Below, piece after piece: positions 8,834 through 18,128 of a stretch of 64,000 nucleotides of DNA (its first letter is position 1; every line of letters begins with the position of its first letter). The DNA is from an uncultured candidatus Porisulfidus sp. (lineage in GTDB: Bacteria; Pseudomonadota; Gammaproteobacteria; Poriferisulfidales; Poriferisulfidaceae), in the NCBI GenBank assembly GCA_965221375.1, contig OZ244883.1, positions 64,071 through 128,070 on the forward strand, in the 5' to 3' direction. A program made the position numbers and the translations under genes. Under the pieces are notes generated by a model. The model was not told where the DNA came from. It did no database searches and was given only the letters and a program-made list of their open reading frames with translations.

Positions 8834-10198
8834 TCAGTCGCGCGCAAAGCGCAACTGCATACCGACGGCCGGCTCCGTGACCATCCCGTTGCGATAAGCA
8901 ATTTGGCCCGACACAAAGGTCGTGTCAATCCGGGCCCGCAACGTCTGTCCCTCAAATACCGACCAGCCGCATTTATGCAGGGCCTCGCCCGGCTTTACTT
9001 CCTCACTCGCCTGCAGGTCCACCAGAACCAAGTCCGCGTAATAACCTTCGCGTAAAAATCCGCGTTCCCTGACTCCGTAACACAAGGCCGGCGCGTGGGC
9101 TGTCTTGTGGACAATCTGCGGCAACTCGAATATGCCGCGCTGGGCCAACTCCAACAGCATCGGAAACGCATGTTGGGTCATCGGCAAGCCGGCCAACACG
9201 TTCTGATACACACCTTCCTTCTCCGACAACAGATGCGGCGCATGATCGGTGGCAATCACATCGATACGGTCTTCGCGCACCGCCTGACGCAAAGTGTCCC
9301 GGTCCGCCATTGTCTTCACCGCAGGGTTGCATTTGAGGCGTCCGCCGTGCTGCGCATAGTCTTCCTCGGAAAAAACCAAGTGGTGTACGCAGACTTCCGC
9401 AGTAATACGCTTGCCTTCGAGAGGGCCCGGCTCAAACAACACCATCTCATCGGCGGTCGTCAAATGCAGCACATGCAGACGCGAACCATGCCGCTTCGCC
9501 AAATCCACCGCCATGGAGGAAGAAGCCCAACAAGCCTCCCGACTGCGAATCTGTACATGGCAGTGCATCGGGATGTCATCGCCGTAACGCTCGACATGTT
9601 CGGCCAAGGCCGCCTCAATCATGGGTGTATCCTCACAATGCGTGGCGATCAATACCGGACTGTCGGCAAACAGCTGCTCCAACGCCTGCGGGTCATCAAC
9701 CAGCATGCTGCCGGTGGAGGCGCCCATAAAAATCTTCAGCCCGCACGCCTTCTCGGGGTCCAGTCGTCGAACTTCCTCGATGTTGTCGTTGGTCGCTCCC
9801 ATATAAAACGCATAGTTGGCGTGCATGGCGCCGGCAGCCCGCGCCAATTTGTCGTCCAATCGCGCATTCGTGATCACGGGGGGCTGGTTGTTGGGCATCT
9901 CCATCACCGAGGTCGTACCTCCGGCCACAGAAGCACGCGACTCCGACTTGAAAGTCGCTTTGTGAGACTGGTCGAAATCCCGAAAATGCACCTGGTCGTC
10001 GATCATGCCCGGCAGCAGATGCAGTCCCGAGGCATCAATGACTTCGTCGGCAGACTCCGCCGACAGGTCCGCTCCCAACTTTTCGATTCGTCCGTCCCGC
10101 ACCAGCAGGTCCGTTTCAAAAACCTGGTTTTCGTTTACCGCCGTCGCGTTGACAATCAGGTAGGAAGCGCTCATGAAACTATATTTTGAAGGCAGCAT
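8834..10198 (-). CDS. pyrC: dihydroorotase-like cyclic amidohydrolase
   Basis: Has the metal-binding motif DDQVHFRDF and an overall DHOase, allantoinase or hydantoinase fold pattern. The start is probably MSASYLIVNATAV at 10174. Confidence 0.65.
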   Translation of the reverse strand: MLPSKYSFMSASYLIVNATAVNENQVFETDLLVRDGRIEKLGADLSAESADEVIDASGLHLLPGMIDDQVHFRDFDQSHKATFKSESRASVAGGTTSVMEMPNNQPPVITNARLDDKLARAAGAMHANYAFYMGATNDNIEEVRRLDPEKACGLKIFMGASTGSMLVDDPQALEQLFADSPVLIATHCEDTPMIEAALAEHVERYGDDIPMHCHVQIRSREACWASSSMAVDLAKRHGSRLHVLHLTTADEMVLFEPGPLEGKRITAEVCVHHLVFSEEDYAQHGGRLKCNPAVKTMADRDTLRQAVREDRIDVIATDHAPHLLSEKEGVYQNVLAGLPMTQHAFPMLLELAQRGIFELPQIVHKTAHAPALCYGVRERGFLREGYYADLVLVDLQASEEVKPGEALHKCGWSVFEGQTLRARIDTTFVSGQIAYRNGMVTEPAVGMQLRFARD

Positions 10199-10336
10199 TT
10201 ATTGTACGGGAAACCTGCCATCCCGACCCCAAAAAATTCGCTGTGCGATTGATTGCCGAGAAAATATTCATGGGGGCGATAGCTTAATGTTCGCGTAATA
10301 GGAAATATTTGATATTGGTAAAATGCTTTCGAGCGC

Positions 10337-10410
10337 GCGGGTGTAGTTCAATGGCAGAACTTCAGCTTCCCAAGCTGATAACGAGGGTTCGATTCCCTTC
10401 ACCCGCTCCA
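10337..10410 (+). tRNA. tRNA-Gly (anticodon CCC)
   Basis: GCGGGTGTAGTTCAATGGCAGAACTTCAGCTTCCCAAGCTGATAACGAGGGTTCGATTCCCTTCACCCGCTCCA folds as a cloverleaf with a 7-bp acceptor stem, a CCC anticodon and an encoded CCA. It is nearly identical to the glyU-type tRNA. Confidence 0.85.
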
Positions 10411-10426
10411 TTGTCCGCCAGAGCCC

Positions 10427-11515
10427 ATGAACGAAACCGCGACTTTGACCGAGCCGGCCACTTTTATGCGCAGTGTCCTGCAGCGCATTGCCACCGGGCC
10501 GGAATACAGTAAGGATATTTCGCAAGAAGAAGCCCGCGAGGCGCTGAACATTATTCTGGACGGGAAAGCCGACCCCGTACAAGCCGGCATTTATTTCATT
10601 GCCTTGCGCATGAAACGCGAGACGCTGGAGGAAAACGCCGGGTCCCTGGAAGCCTTACTGGAACACACGCAAACCGCCGAGGCCCAAGTGCCACGGGTGG
10701 TTGATATTGTCGAGCCTCTGGATGGCTGTATCCGCGGGTTACCGATGGGGGCCTTTTTGCCTGCCGTGCTGAGCGCGTGCGGGACTCCCGCCCTCTGCCA
10801 GGGGGTTGAGTCGGTCGGACCCAAATTCGGAGCGACTGTCCAGCAGGTCCTGCAAGCATGCGGAGCAGATACTCACCGCACCTCCGAACAGGTCGCCGCG
10901 CAAATCAGTGATGCAAACTGCGGTTGGGGCTATCTGGACCAGGCCCAAGCGTGCCCCGCTCTCCATCAGTTGCGGGAATTGCGCACCCGCATCGTCAAAC
11001 GTCCCGTGCTGACTACCGTTGAAGTGTTGCTGCGCCCGATTCGCGGGCAGGAATCCACCCACCTGATTACCGGTTACGTACACAAACCTTATCCGCCGGT
11101 GTACGCACATCTGGCCCGAGTGGCCGGGTTCGATTCGGCTTTGATTGTGCGGGGAGTCGAAGGCGGAGTCTTTCCCTCCTTGAAACAATCGGGCAAGGCC
11201 TTCGAGGTCTACGGAGACGCGGAAGAAGTGGCCTGGGATTTTCATCCCAACGAGTTGGGCTATGCGAGTGAGCACCGTACAGTGCCTTTATCACAACCCA
11301 AGATTGCAGCCGACCAAATCGTCCAGGAAGCCGCCCAGGCGGGCCAGGAGGCCTTGGCCGGAAAAGCAGGCCCCGCTCAGGACAGCCTGACTTATGCGGC
11401 CAGTGTGATTTTGGCGCACTTGGACCGGAATCACGATCTCAAGGGCTACCATCGCACCGCTTGCGAGGCTCTGAACAGCGGACAAGTGAAAGCAATTTTT
11501 GAGGCCGGATTATGA
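10427..11515 (+). CDS. anthranilate phosphoribosyltransferase-like protein (TrpD2/YbiB family)
   Basis: 362 aa whose N-terminal half matches the glycosyl-transferase family 3 / TrpD pattern (DPVQAGIYFIALRMKRETLEE...). Confidence 0.55.
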   Translation: MNETATLTEPATFMRSVLQRIATGPEYSKDISQEEAREALNIILDGKADPVQAGIYFIALRMKRETLEENAGSLEALLEHTQTAEAQVPRVVDIVEPLDGCIRGLPMGAFLPAVLSACGTPALCQGVESVGPKFGATVQQVLQACGADTHRTSEQVAAQISDANCGWGYLDQAQACPALHQLRELRTRIVKRPVLTTVEVLLRPIRGQESTHLITGYVHKPYPPVYAHLARVAGFDSALIVRGVEGGVFPSLKQSGKAFEVYGDAEEVAWDFHPNELGYASEHRTVPLSQPKIAADQIVQEAAQAGQEALAGKAGPAQDSLTYAASVILAHLDRNHDLKGYHRTACEALNSGQVKAIFEAGL

Positions 11516-11946
11516 CGTCGACCGACCCGGCTTCAGAATTGAATCTGCAAAGCGGCATCGCCGCTTTTGCTTCGAAACAATTTTCGCGGGCCCAACAGCT
11601 GCTCACTCCCTTGGCCGAGCAGGGAGAACCGGAAGCCCAATACCGTTGCGCCATCATGTACCAGAACGGCTTGGGGTGCGTGGCCGACGAAGCACGGGCA
11701 TTCGCCTGGATGAAGGCCGCCGCCGAAGCGGGTCTGGGGCTGGCGCAACACGGTTTGGGGTTCATGTATATGGAAGGCGAATGTGTCTCCCAGGATGGGG
11801 CGCAAGCCGTGCATTGGTTTGAACAAGCCGCCGCCCAGGGGCTGGCCGGCTCCCTGACGACGCTGGCGATGATGTACGACGAGGGGCGGCTGGTGCCCCA
11901 GGACAAGGAAAAGGCCCGCGAGTTGTACAAGCGGGCCGGGTTTTAG
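11512..11946 (+). CDS. Sel1-repeat (TPR-like) protein
   Basis: 144 aa with three Sel1-type repeats (AQYRCAIMYQNGLGCVAD..., AQHGLGFMYMEGECVSQD..., TTLAMMYDEGRLVPQD...). Its ATG overlaps the upstream stop (ATGA). Confidence 0.6.
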   Translation: MTSTDPASELNLQSGIAAFASKQFSRAQQLLTPLAEQGEPEAQYRCAIMYQNGLGCVADEARAFAWMKAAAEAGLGLAQHGLGFMYMEGECVSQDGAQAVHWFEQAAAQGLAGSLTTLAMMYDEGRLVPQDKEKARELYKRAGF

Positions 11947-11951
11947 GTCTC

Positions 11952-12998
11952 ATGCGCCCCTCGCATCTGGCGCGAATCCTAGAGGAAGAGTTCCGCAGTG
12001 CGGAGCAGGGCCAGCATACTCCGGTGATGATTTGGGGACCGCCGGGCATCGGCAAATCGCAACTGGTCGCACAGGCCGCCGCCCAGCATGAAGCCCCGAT
12101 GATTGATATCCGCCTTTCGCAAATGGAACCCAGCGACCTGCGCGGCATTCCCTTTCGCATCGACGACTTGGTGGAATGGGCGCCGCCGGCCATGTTGCCG
12201 GATACACAACGGCATGGCTCGCACGGTATCCTGTTTCTGGATGAGATTACTGCCGCCGCACCGACCGTATCTGCTGCCGCCTACCAGTTGATTTTGGATC
12301 GCCGTCTCGGGCACTACCACGTCCCGGAGGGCTGGGCTATCTTCGCTGCCGGGAATCGCCAGGGAGACCGGGGCGTTACCTATTCCATGCCGGCCCCCTT
12401 GGCCAATCGCTTCTCACATTTCGAGTTGGAACCCCACCTGGACGATTGGACCGCATGGGCCTACTGGCGCGGCCTTGATGAGCGCATCATTGGTTTTCTG
12501 CGGCTGCGTCCGGAGTTGTTGTTTGATTTCGATGCCTCCAAAAACCCGACTGCGTTCCCCTCCCCGCGTTCGTGGGAATTCGCGCATCGCGCGGTACAGA
12601 AATTTGAAACGGATGCCTCCGTATTGAACGACGCTTTACAAGCCTGCGTGGGCGCCGCCGCCGGCTCGCAACTGCACGCCTTCATTCAACACGCGGCCGA
12701 GCTGCCGGATTTGGATGCCATTGTCGACGGCACCGATGACACCGTGCCGGAATCGGTGGATCTTCAGTACGCGGTCGCCGCGGCGTTGGTCGGACGGGCC
12801 CTGCGGGCCCAGAATGAGGATAACGGACCGAAAGTTTTGGGTGCGGTTCTCACTTACGCGCAGAAATTTCCGCAACGTGAAATCGGCGTGATGCTGGTGT
12901 GCGACCTGCTGCGTTGCCTCGGACACGATCCGGTTTTCGAAGCACCTGAATTTGCCCCGTGGGCGGAACAAGTCGCCTCGCTGCTGATTTACGAATAA
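11952..12998 (+). CDS. MoxR-like AAA+ ATPase (CbbQ/NirQ/GvpN-type)
   Basis: 348 aa with Walker A VMIWGPPGIGKSQL, Walker B ILFLDEI and sensor or arginine-finger regions typical of the MoxR family. Confidence 0.75.
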   Translation: MRPSHLARILEEEFRSAEQGQHTPVMIWGPPGIGKSQLVAQAAAQHEAPMIDIRLSQMEPSDLRGIPFRIDDLVEWAPPAMLPDTQRHGSHGILFLDEITAAAPTVSAAAYQLILDRRLGHYHVPEGWAIFAAGNRQGDRGVTYSMPAPLANRFSHFELEPHLDDWTAWAYWRGLDERIIGFLRLRPELLFDFDASKNPTAFPSPRSWEFAHRAVQKFETDASVLNDALQACVGAAAGSQLHAFIQHAAELPDLDAIVDGTDDTVPESVDLQYAVAAALVGRALRAQNEDNGPKVLGAVLTYAQKFPQREIGVMLVCDLLRCLGHDPVFEAPEFAPWAEQVASLLIYE

Positions 12999-14125
12999 TG
13001 GCCGGCGACTCCCAGACCCGACTGGCCCAAGCGCGTGCCCGGTTGATTCTGGATCACCCGTTTTTAGGCTCCCTGGTTCTGCAGTTGCCGTTGGTCGAGG
13101 GCAAAAAATGGTGCCGCACCACCGCGACGGATGCCCGCCATCTGTATTACAACCCTGCATACATTGAGCGACTCAACTCGGCCGAAGTGCAATCCGTCCT
13201 GTGCCATGAGGCACTGCATTGCGCGCTGCTGCATCTGCACCGCCGTCAACGCCGCATACGCTCACGCTGGGATGTGGCCTGCGACTACGCCGTCAATCAC
13301 TTGCTGGTCGCCGAGGGATTGATGTTGCCGCAAGGCGCGCTGTACGAACCCAAATTCGCGGACATGACCGCCGAAGAAATCTATCCGTGCCTGGACGCTT
13401 TGGAAGACGTGCGCACCCAAGACCTGCATATGCACGACGATCGACCCGAGGCAGACGACGATGGGTCGGGTATGCCGCCTCCAAGACCCGCGGAGCAAGA
13501 GGCCTTGACCGCGACCTGGCAAGACCGCACCCTGCGCGCTCTGGATGTCGCGCGGCGGGCCGGCAGATTGTCGGAAAGTTTTGAGCGGCATTTGGCACCG
13601 CAGTTGAATCCGCGACTGCCCTGGCGTCACCTGCTGGCCCGTCACGCCAGCGCATTGGCGCGCGACGATTACAACTATCAACGTCCTTCCGCTCGGCGTG
13701 AAGGTCCAGCCATTTATCCCAGTTTGCGCGGGCAGGAAATCAATGTGGTCGCCGCTCTGGACACCAGCGGTTCGGTCTCGGATGCCGAGATTTCGGAATT
13801 CGTCAGCGAAGTCAACGCCATCAAAAGTTCGTTGCGTGCACGAGTCACTCTGCTGGCCTGTGACCAGCAATTGTCACCGGAAAGCCCCCAGATATTCGAA
13901 CCCTGGGAAGAACTGGAGCCTCCGCACACGGCAACAGGGGGCGGCGGCACTTCCTTTTATCCCGTTTTCGAGTGGGCGGACGAACAGGACCGGGCCCCGG
14001 ATCTGTTGCTTTATTTCACGGACGCCCGCGGTCGTTGCCCACAACAACCCCCTTCCTATCCGGTGCTGTGGCTGGTCAAAGGCTCCGCAGCCACGCCCTG
14101 GGGCGACCGCATCCAACTGAACTGA
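12998..14125 (+). CDS. VWA-domain protein with an N-terminal HExxH metallopeptidase-like domain (DUF2201-type MoxR partner)
   Basis: Has the HEALHCALLH zinc-binding motif, then the VWA MIDAS-like segment VVAALDTSGSVSD. Its ATG overlaps the MoxR stop (TAATG). Confidence 0.65.
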   Translation: MAGDSQTRLAQARARLILDHPFLGSLVLQLPLVEGKKWCRTTATDARHLYYNPAYIERLNSAEVQSVLCHEALHCALLHLHRRQRRIRSRWDVACDYAVNHLLVAEGLMLPQGALYEPKFADMTAEEIYPCLDALEDVRTQDLHMHDDRPEADDDGSGMPPPRPAEQEALTATWQDRTLRALDVARRAGRLSESFERHLAPQLNPRLPWRHLLARHASALARDDYNYQRPSARREGPAIYPSLRGQEINVVAALDTSGSVSDAEISEFVSEVNAIKSSLRARVTLLACDQQLSPESPQIFEPWEELEPPHTATGGGGTSFYPVFEWADEQDRAPDLLLYFTDARGRCPQQPPSYPVLWLVKGSAATPWGDRIQLN

Positions 14126-14131
14126 ACGTTC

Positions 14132-15220
14132 GTGCTGGTCGAAGCCGACCTTTTGCGTCTGAACGTGTTGCTGACGCAGCCCCTGCAGGCGGTGCGTATT
14201 GATGAGTCGCGCATGCACCTGGATGCCTTGACCGTAAATGGCGAAGCGCATATCGAACTGGACAAGTCTGCGCGTCCCGATGCCTACCTTCGAGAAGTGC
14301 GCGCCTGGCTGTCGACCAAAATTTTAGGATCACCCGGCGGATATCCGCTTTATATTCGACGCTGGACTCGAATGGGCCAAGCCCGTGACGGATCCCTAGA
14401 GCGTTTGCTGCTGCTGGGCGACCCGGAGGCAACCGCCGCCGTCGTCCATGCCCCGACCCTGACGCCGGAACTGGCCCGACGCGCCTGGTGGGTTGATCCT
14501 CGCGCCGATCATGCACGACGCATGCTGGAGAATCATGAAGTCGCCCAAAGTGAGTTGGGAACCGTTCTGGTGAATTTTTTGCTCGACTATCTGCCGTTTG
14601 AAGAACAGCCCCGAGACATCATCGAAACCGTGCGACTGATTGTGCCGCACTCCAGTTTGACCCAAGCGCAGCAAGAGGATTTGTGGCAGCGAGCGCAACG
14701 GCAATCGGCTTATGCGGTCGGATTCCTGGCCGCCGGCTCAGAACACCTCCCGGCATTGCATCCGGCACACCCGCAACTGGATGCTTGCCGAACTTGTATG
14801 GGAGAAACCTCAGGGCAACCGCAAGCAGAAAAACTGCTGCACACATTGGGGGCGTCTGGGCAGAGCTTTCTGGCCATCGCAAAATTAGCCTTGCGTCGAC
14901 CTCCTAATCAGGATGTTGTCGTCGCGCTTTTCAACGCGATCGGGACGGAATTTTCACTTCCCGATACGCGTCGAGATTTTCGTACCCTTGCGGAATTGGA
15001 TGGTGACATCGACGCTGTACCCGCGCAGGATCCGTGGGAGGCAGACTCGAAAATTATTGAACTGCGCCGTTCCATGTTGCGCTTGGCTCGGGTTGGAGAA
15101 AGCCTTTTGGATCCCATCTTCGGAATCACCGATGCCGTCGGTTCCGTCATGCGACGCAAAATTGAGCCGATAAGCCAGCCCCTCAAAGAATGTATTGATA
15201 ACTTGCTGGCTTCTGATTGA
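14132..15220 (+). CDS. hypothetical protein, third gene of the MoxR/VWA operon
   Basis: 362 aa ORF with a GTG start 7 nt after the VWA stop. High-GC codon usage matches the neighbouring genes. I recognise no domain in it. Confidence 0.45.
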   Translation: MLVEADLLRLNVLLTQPLQAVRIDESRMHLDALTVNGEAHIELDKSARPDAYLREVRAWLSTKILGSPGGYPLYIRRWTRMGQARDGSLERLLLLGDPEATAAVVHAPTLTPELARRAWWVDPRADHARRMLENHEVAQSELGTVLVNFLLDYLPFEEQPRDIIETVRLIVPHSSLTQAQQEDLWQRAQRQSAYAVGFLAAGSEHLPALHPAHPQLDACRTCMGETSGQPQAEKLLHTLGASGQSFLAIAKLALRRPPNQDVVVALFNAIGTEFSLPDTRRDFRTLAELDGDIDAVPAQDPWEADSKIIELRRSMLRLARVGESLLDPIFGITDAVGSVMRRKIEPISQPLKECIDNLLASD

Positions 15221-15377
15221 ATGCCTATCGCCGCCCACATCCCAGATGTTTTATGACGGCTTATGCGGAGATTACTATCAGTTTTTCAACTACTTAATAG
15301 GGGGAAGATTTTGAACTCGGGTAGAATTGAACTTGGGCCCCAACTATACGCAATCCTCTCTGGGCAAAAGCAAACCG

Positions 15378-16271
15378 ATGAATGATCGCGCGACACTGAC
15401 GCTTCCTGATCAACGCACGTTGATGTACGCCGAATACGGCGACCCTGAAGGAATGCCGCTCGTGTGCCTGCACGGCACACCCGGATCACGCCGGCTTTTT
15501 GCCACGATTGACCAACCCGCTCGCGCTCACGGAATCCGCATTATTGCGCCCGACCGCCCGGGCTGCGGTGGCACAGACTACAAAAAAGATTGGACCTACG
15601 CCGATCACATGGCCGACCTGACAGCCCTCGTTGATCATTTGGGGTTGGACAAATTCACAGTGCTTGGACTTTCCGGCGGAGGTGTCTATGCGGCTTATGC
15701 CGCCCGAACACTGCGTGCCCGTCTAAAGGCACTCCTTCTTATCAGTCCGTATGCACCTGGAGTTCGCACCGGAGCAGGGCAAGCCGTTCCTCTGTTTCTG
15801 GCCCGCTGGAGCCGGCCGGCACTGCGTCTCAGTATCATCTTGTTTTTACGCACGCTCTCACTTCTTCCCAACCTTGCAAGCTCCTCCCTGCGTTGTGGTG
15901 CGGGTCCTGCGGATCAAGCCGCTCTGCAGACTCCGGAAATACGCCAAACGATTGCCGATTGCCTGCAGGACACCCCTATCGACGGCCGTGGCTTGTCACG
16001 CGACATTGAGTTGTTGCGGAACTTCGAAATCCCCCCTGGCGGACCGGAGGAAAATATCCCGGTCTGGATCTGGCACGGTACTGACGATTCTGTCGTCTAT
16101 CCCGAAGCTGCTTTGTTCTATGCGAAAAACTTTCCCAAAGCCAGGATGACCTTGCTGCCCGGCGCCAGTCATTATTGGGGTCTCACTCACGCTGAAATCT
16201 TTATGGACGCACTTCTTCAGGCACTGCGTCCCGACGACTCCGATCCAGCCCAAGGCCGTTTGGAATTTTGA
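15378..16271 (+). CDS. alpha/beta-fold hydrolase
   Basis: Has the LHGTPGS oxyanion-region motif and the nucleophile elbow GLSGGG; start placed at MNDRATL. Confidence 0.65.
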   Translation: MNDRATLTLPDQRTLMYAEYGDPEGMPLVCLHGTPGSRRLFATIDQPARAHGIRIIAPDRPGCGGTDYKKDWTYADHMADLTALVDHLGLDKFTVLGLSGGGVYAAYAARTLRARLKALLLISPYAPGVRTGAGQAVPLFLARWSRPALRLSIILFLRTLSLLPNLASSSLRCGAGPADQAALQTPEIRQTIADCLQDTPIDGRGLSRDIELLRNFEIPPGGPEENIPVWIWHGTDDSVVYPEAALFYAKNFPKARMTLLPGASHYWGLTHAEIFMDALLQALRPDDSDPAQGRLEF

Positions 16272-16765
16272 CCATGCGACAACTGGTTCTGGTGCGCCAC
16301 GCAAAATCCGAGCATGGTTTCCATCTGGCGGATATCGACCGTCCTCTCGCTGAGCGCGGATTACGCAATGCGGCGGAAATGGCGCGCCGCCTCGCAGACC
16401 GGCTGGAGCACTTGGACGCGATCTACAGTTCCGTCGCCCAACGCACTCAACAGACCGCGCATTTTTTTGCCCAAGCCTTCGACATTGCCGAGGCGGACAT
16501 TGTGTTGCGGCCGGGGATGTACACATTTTCCGGTGGCGGCCTGCTGCAGGAACTGCGGCACTTGGACGATGCGGCGCATTGTGTGGCTGTTTTCGGGCAT
16601 AACATGGCCATCAGCGAAGTCGCCGCCGCCCTGGCAAACCGAGACTTGGATTATTTACCCACCTGTGCGGTGGTGCAGATTGCAGTCCATGCCGAAACCT
16701 GGTCGGCCTTGACGCCGAAAGACTGTGAATTACTGGTGCTGGACACCCCCAAGCATCCCGCCTAG
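16268..16765 (+). CDS. histidine phosphatase family protein (SixA-like)
   Basis: LVLVRHAKSE is the RHG motif. 165 aa, overlaps the upstream gene by 4 nt. Confidence 0.65.
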   Translation: MTMRQLVLVRHAKSEHGFHLADIDRPLAERGLRNAAEMARRLADRLEHLDAIYSSVAQRTQQTAHFFAQAFDIAEADIVLRPGMYTFSGGGLLQELRHLDDAAHCVAVFGHNMAISEVAAALANRDLDYLPTCAVVQIAVHAETWSALTPKDCELLVLDTPKHPA

Positions 16766-16783
16766 CGCGTTATCGATAAGTAA

Positions 16784-17398
16784 TCAGTCTTCCGTACCCT
16801 CAATCAGGCGCCGTAGATTCTCCTGGTGCCGCCACACGATTAACACCCCCAAAAAACATCCCATCGCCAGCATATCCATCTCCGCATGGGCCGCAAAGGC
16901 GTACAAAGGCAAAGCCGCCGCCGCCGCGATAGAGCCTGCCGATACCAGGCGGTAAAGCCTCGTCACCACCATCCAGGTGACCAACCACAGGGCCAACAGC
17001 AACGGGCTGAGCATCACCAGAACTCCTGCCAGGGTTGCCACTCCCTTGCCGCCCTGGAAGCCATAAAAAACCGGCCAGACATGTCCGACCACGGCCAAGG
17101 TGCCGGCCAGCACCTCCAGGCGTAGACCTTCTGCCAACAGCGGCGATTCGGGGACCAGCATGGCCAGCCACACCGCGACCACCCCTTTGCCCACATCGCC
17201 CGCCAGGGTGCCCACGGGCACCCAGCGACTCTGATTAAGACGCCACATGTTGGTGGCTCCCGGATTATTTGAGCCATGCGCCCTCGGGTCCGGCAAGCTG
17301 AATAGCCTGCTTATAATCAAAGCGCTATTGAGCGAGCCCAGCACATAACTGCCCGCCAGCACTCCAATCAACACCAATACATGCAGCTCGGTAGACAT
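16784..17398 (-). CDS. plsY: glycerol-3-phosphate acyltransferase PlsY
   Basis: Carries LPDPRAHGSNNPGATN, the signature PlsY motif, in a multi-TM protein of 204 aa. Confidence 0.85.
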   Translation of the reverse strand: MSTELHVLVLIGVLAGSYVLGSLNSALIISRLFSLPDPRAHGSNNPGATNMWRLNQSRWVPVGTLAGDVGKGVVAVWLAMLVPESPLLAEGLRLEVLAGTLAVVGHVWPVFYGFQGGKGVATLAGVLVMLSPLLLALWLVTWMVVTRLYRLVSAGSIAAAAALPLYAFAAHAEMDMLAMGCFLGVLIVWRHQENLRRLIEGTED

Positions 17399-18128
17399 GA
17401 AAAAATCAAACTCGGCGGCAAGAAAAATGGTGCTGATTCATGGCTTCGGGTTCAACGCAAGTGTGTGGCAACCCCTTGCAGAGCAATTTGCCGGCGATTA
17501 TACGATTCAACACATCAACCTCCCGGGTTATGACGACCGCCCAAAACAATCCGAGCTGCTGGACCCCGAATTATTGGCCGCCGACACCGACGCCCATTGG
17601 GTCGCCTGGTCCATGGGCGGGCTTGTGGCATTGAACGCCATCCGGCACGGTTATATTCCGAAGACGCTTGCCTTTGTGGCGTCGCTGCCGTGTATGGTCA
17701 CACGAGCCGACTGGCCCAAGGCGATTCGCAAAGAGGTGCTGGATGATTTTCGCGAGCGCCTGCAGCAAAATGTCGACAAGGCGATGCGGCATTTTGCCCT
17801 GCTGGTCGCACACGGCGACGCCCGTGCCAAAACCATACGCTCACATTTACAAGACATGACTCTGCCTGAGAAAGACGTACTGGAACAGGGACTGGATGTG
17901 CTGGAGCAGACCGATCTTCGCACTGTGTGGGCGGAAGCATTGCTGCCGCGGATGAGCATTTTGGGACAGCACGACCTTTTGGTGCCGGCCGAAGCCAAAG
18001 AGGCTCTTGAGCACCTTTGCCCCCATACCCGGATATCGGTAATGGACGATTGCGGGCACGCGCCGTTTTTATCGCAACCTCAAGCCTGTGCGGAGTTGTT
18101 GCGGGAATTTCACGAGTCGGCATCATGA
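17397..18128 (+). CDS. bioH: pimeloyl-ACP methyl ester esterase (alpha/beta hydrolase)
   Basis: LIHGFGFNASVW, the WSMGG nucleophile elbow and a C-terminal DDCGHAPFLSQP motif. Translationally coupled to bioC (ATGA). Confidence 0.7.
   Translation: MKKSNSAARKMVLIHGFGFNASVWQPLAEQFAGDYTIQHINLPGYDDRPKQSELLDPELLAADTDAHWVAWSMGGLVALNAIRHGYIPKTLAFVASLPCMVTRADWPKAIRKEVLDDFRERLQQNVDKAMRHFALLVAHGDARAKTIRSHLQDMTLPEKDVLEQGLDVLEQTDLRTVWAEALLPRMSILGQHDLLVPAEAKEALEHLCPHTRISVMDDCGHAPFLSQPQACAELLREFHESAS

Noticed and set aside
9095-10189. 364-aa + strand ORF
   Set aside because: Antisense to the dihydroorotase-like gene; a shadow ORF.
18017-18124. N-terminal extension of bioC (MPPYPDIGNGR...)
   Set aside because: It overlaps the end of bioH in another frame. 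The conserved BioC N-terminus begins at MTKSRL (the ATG at 18125, overlapping the bioH stop as ATGA).
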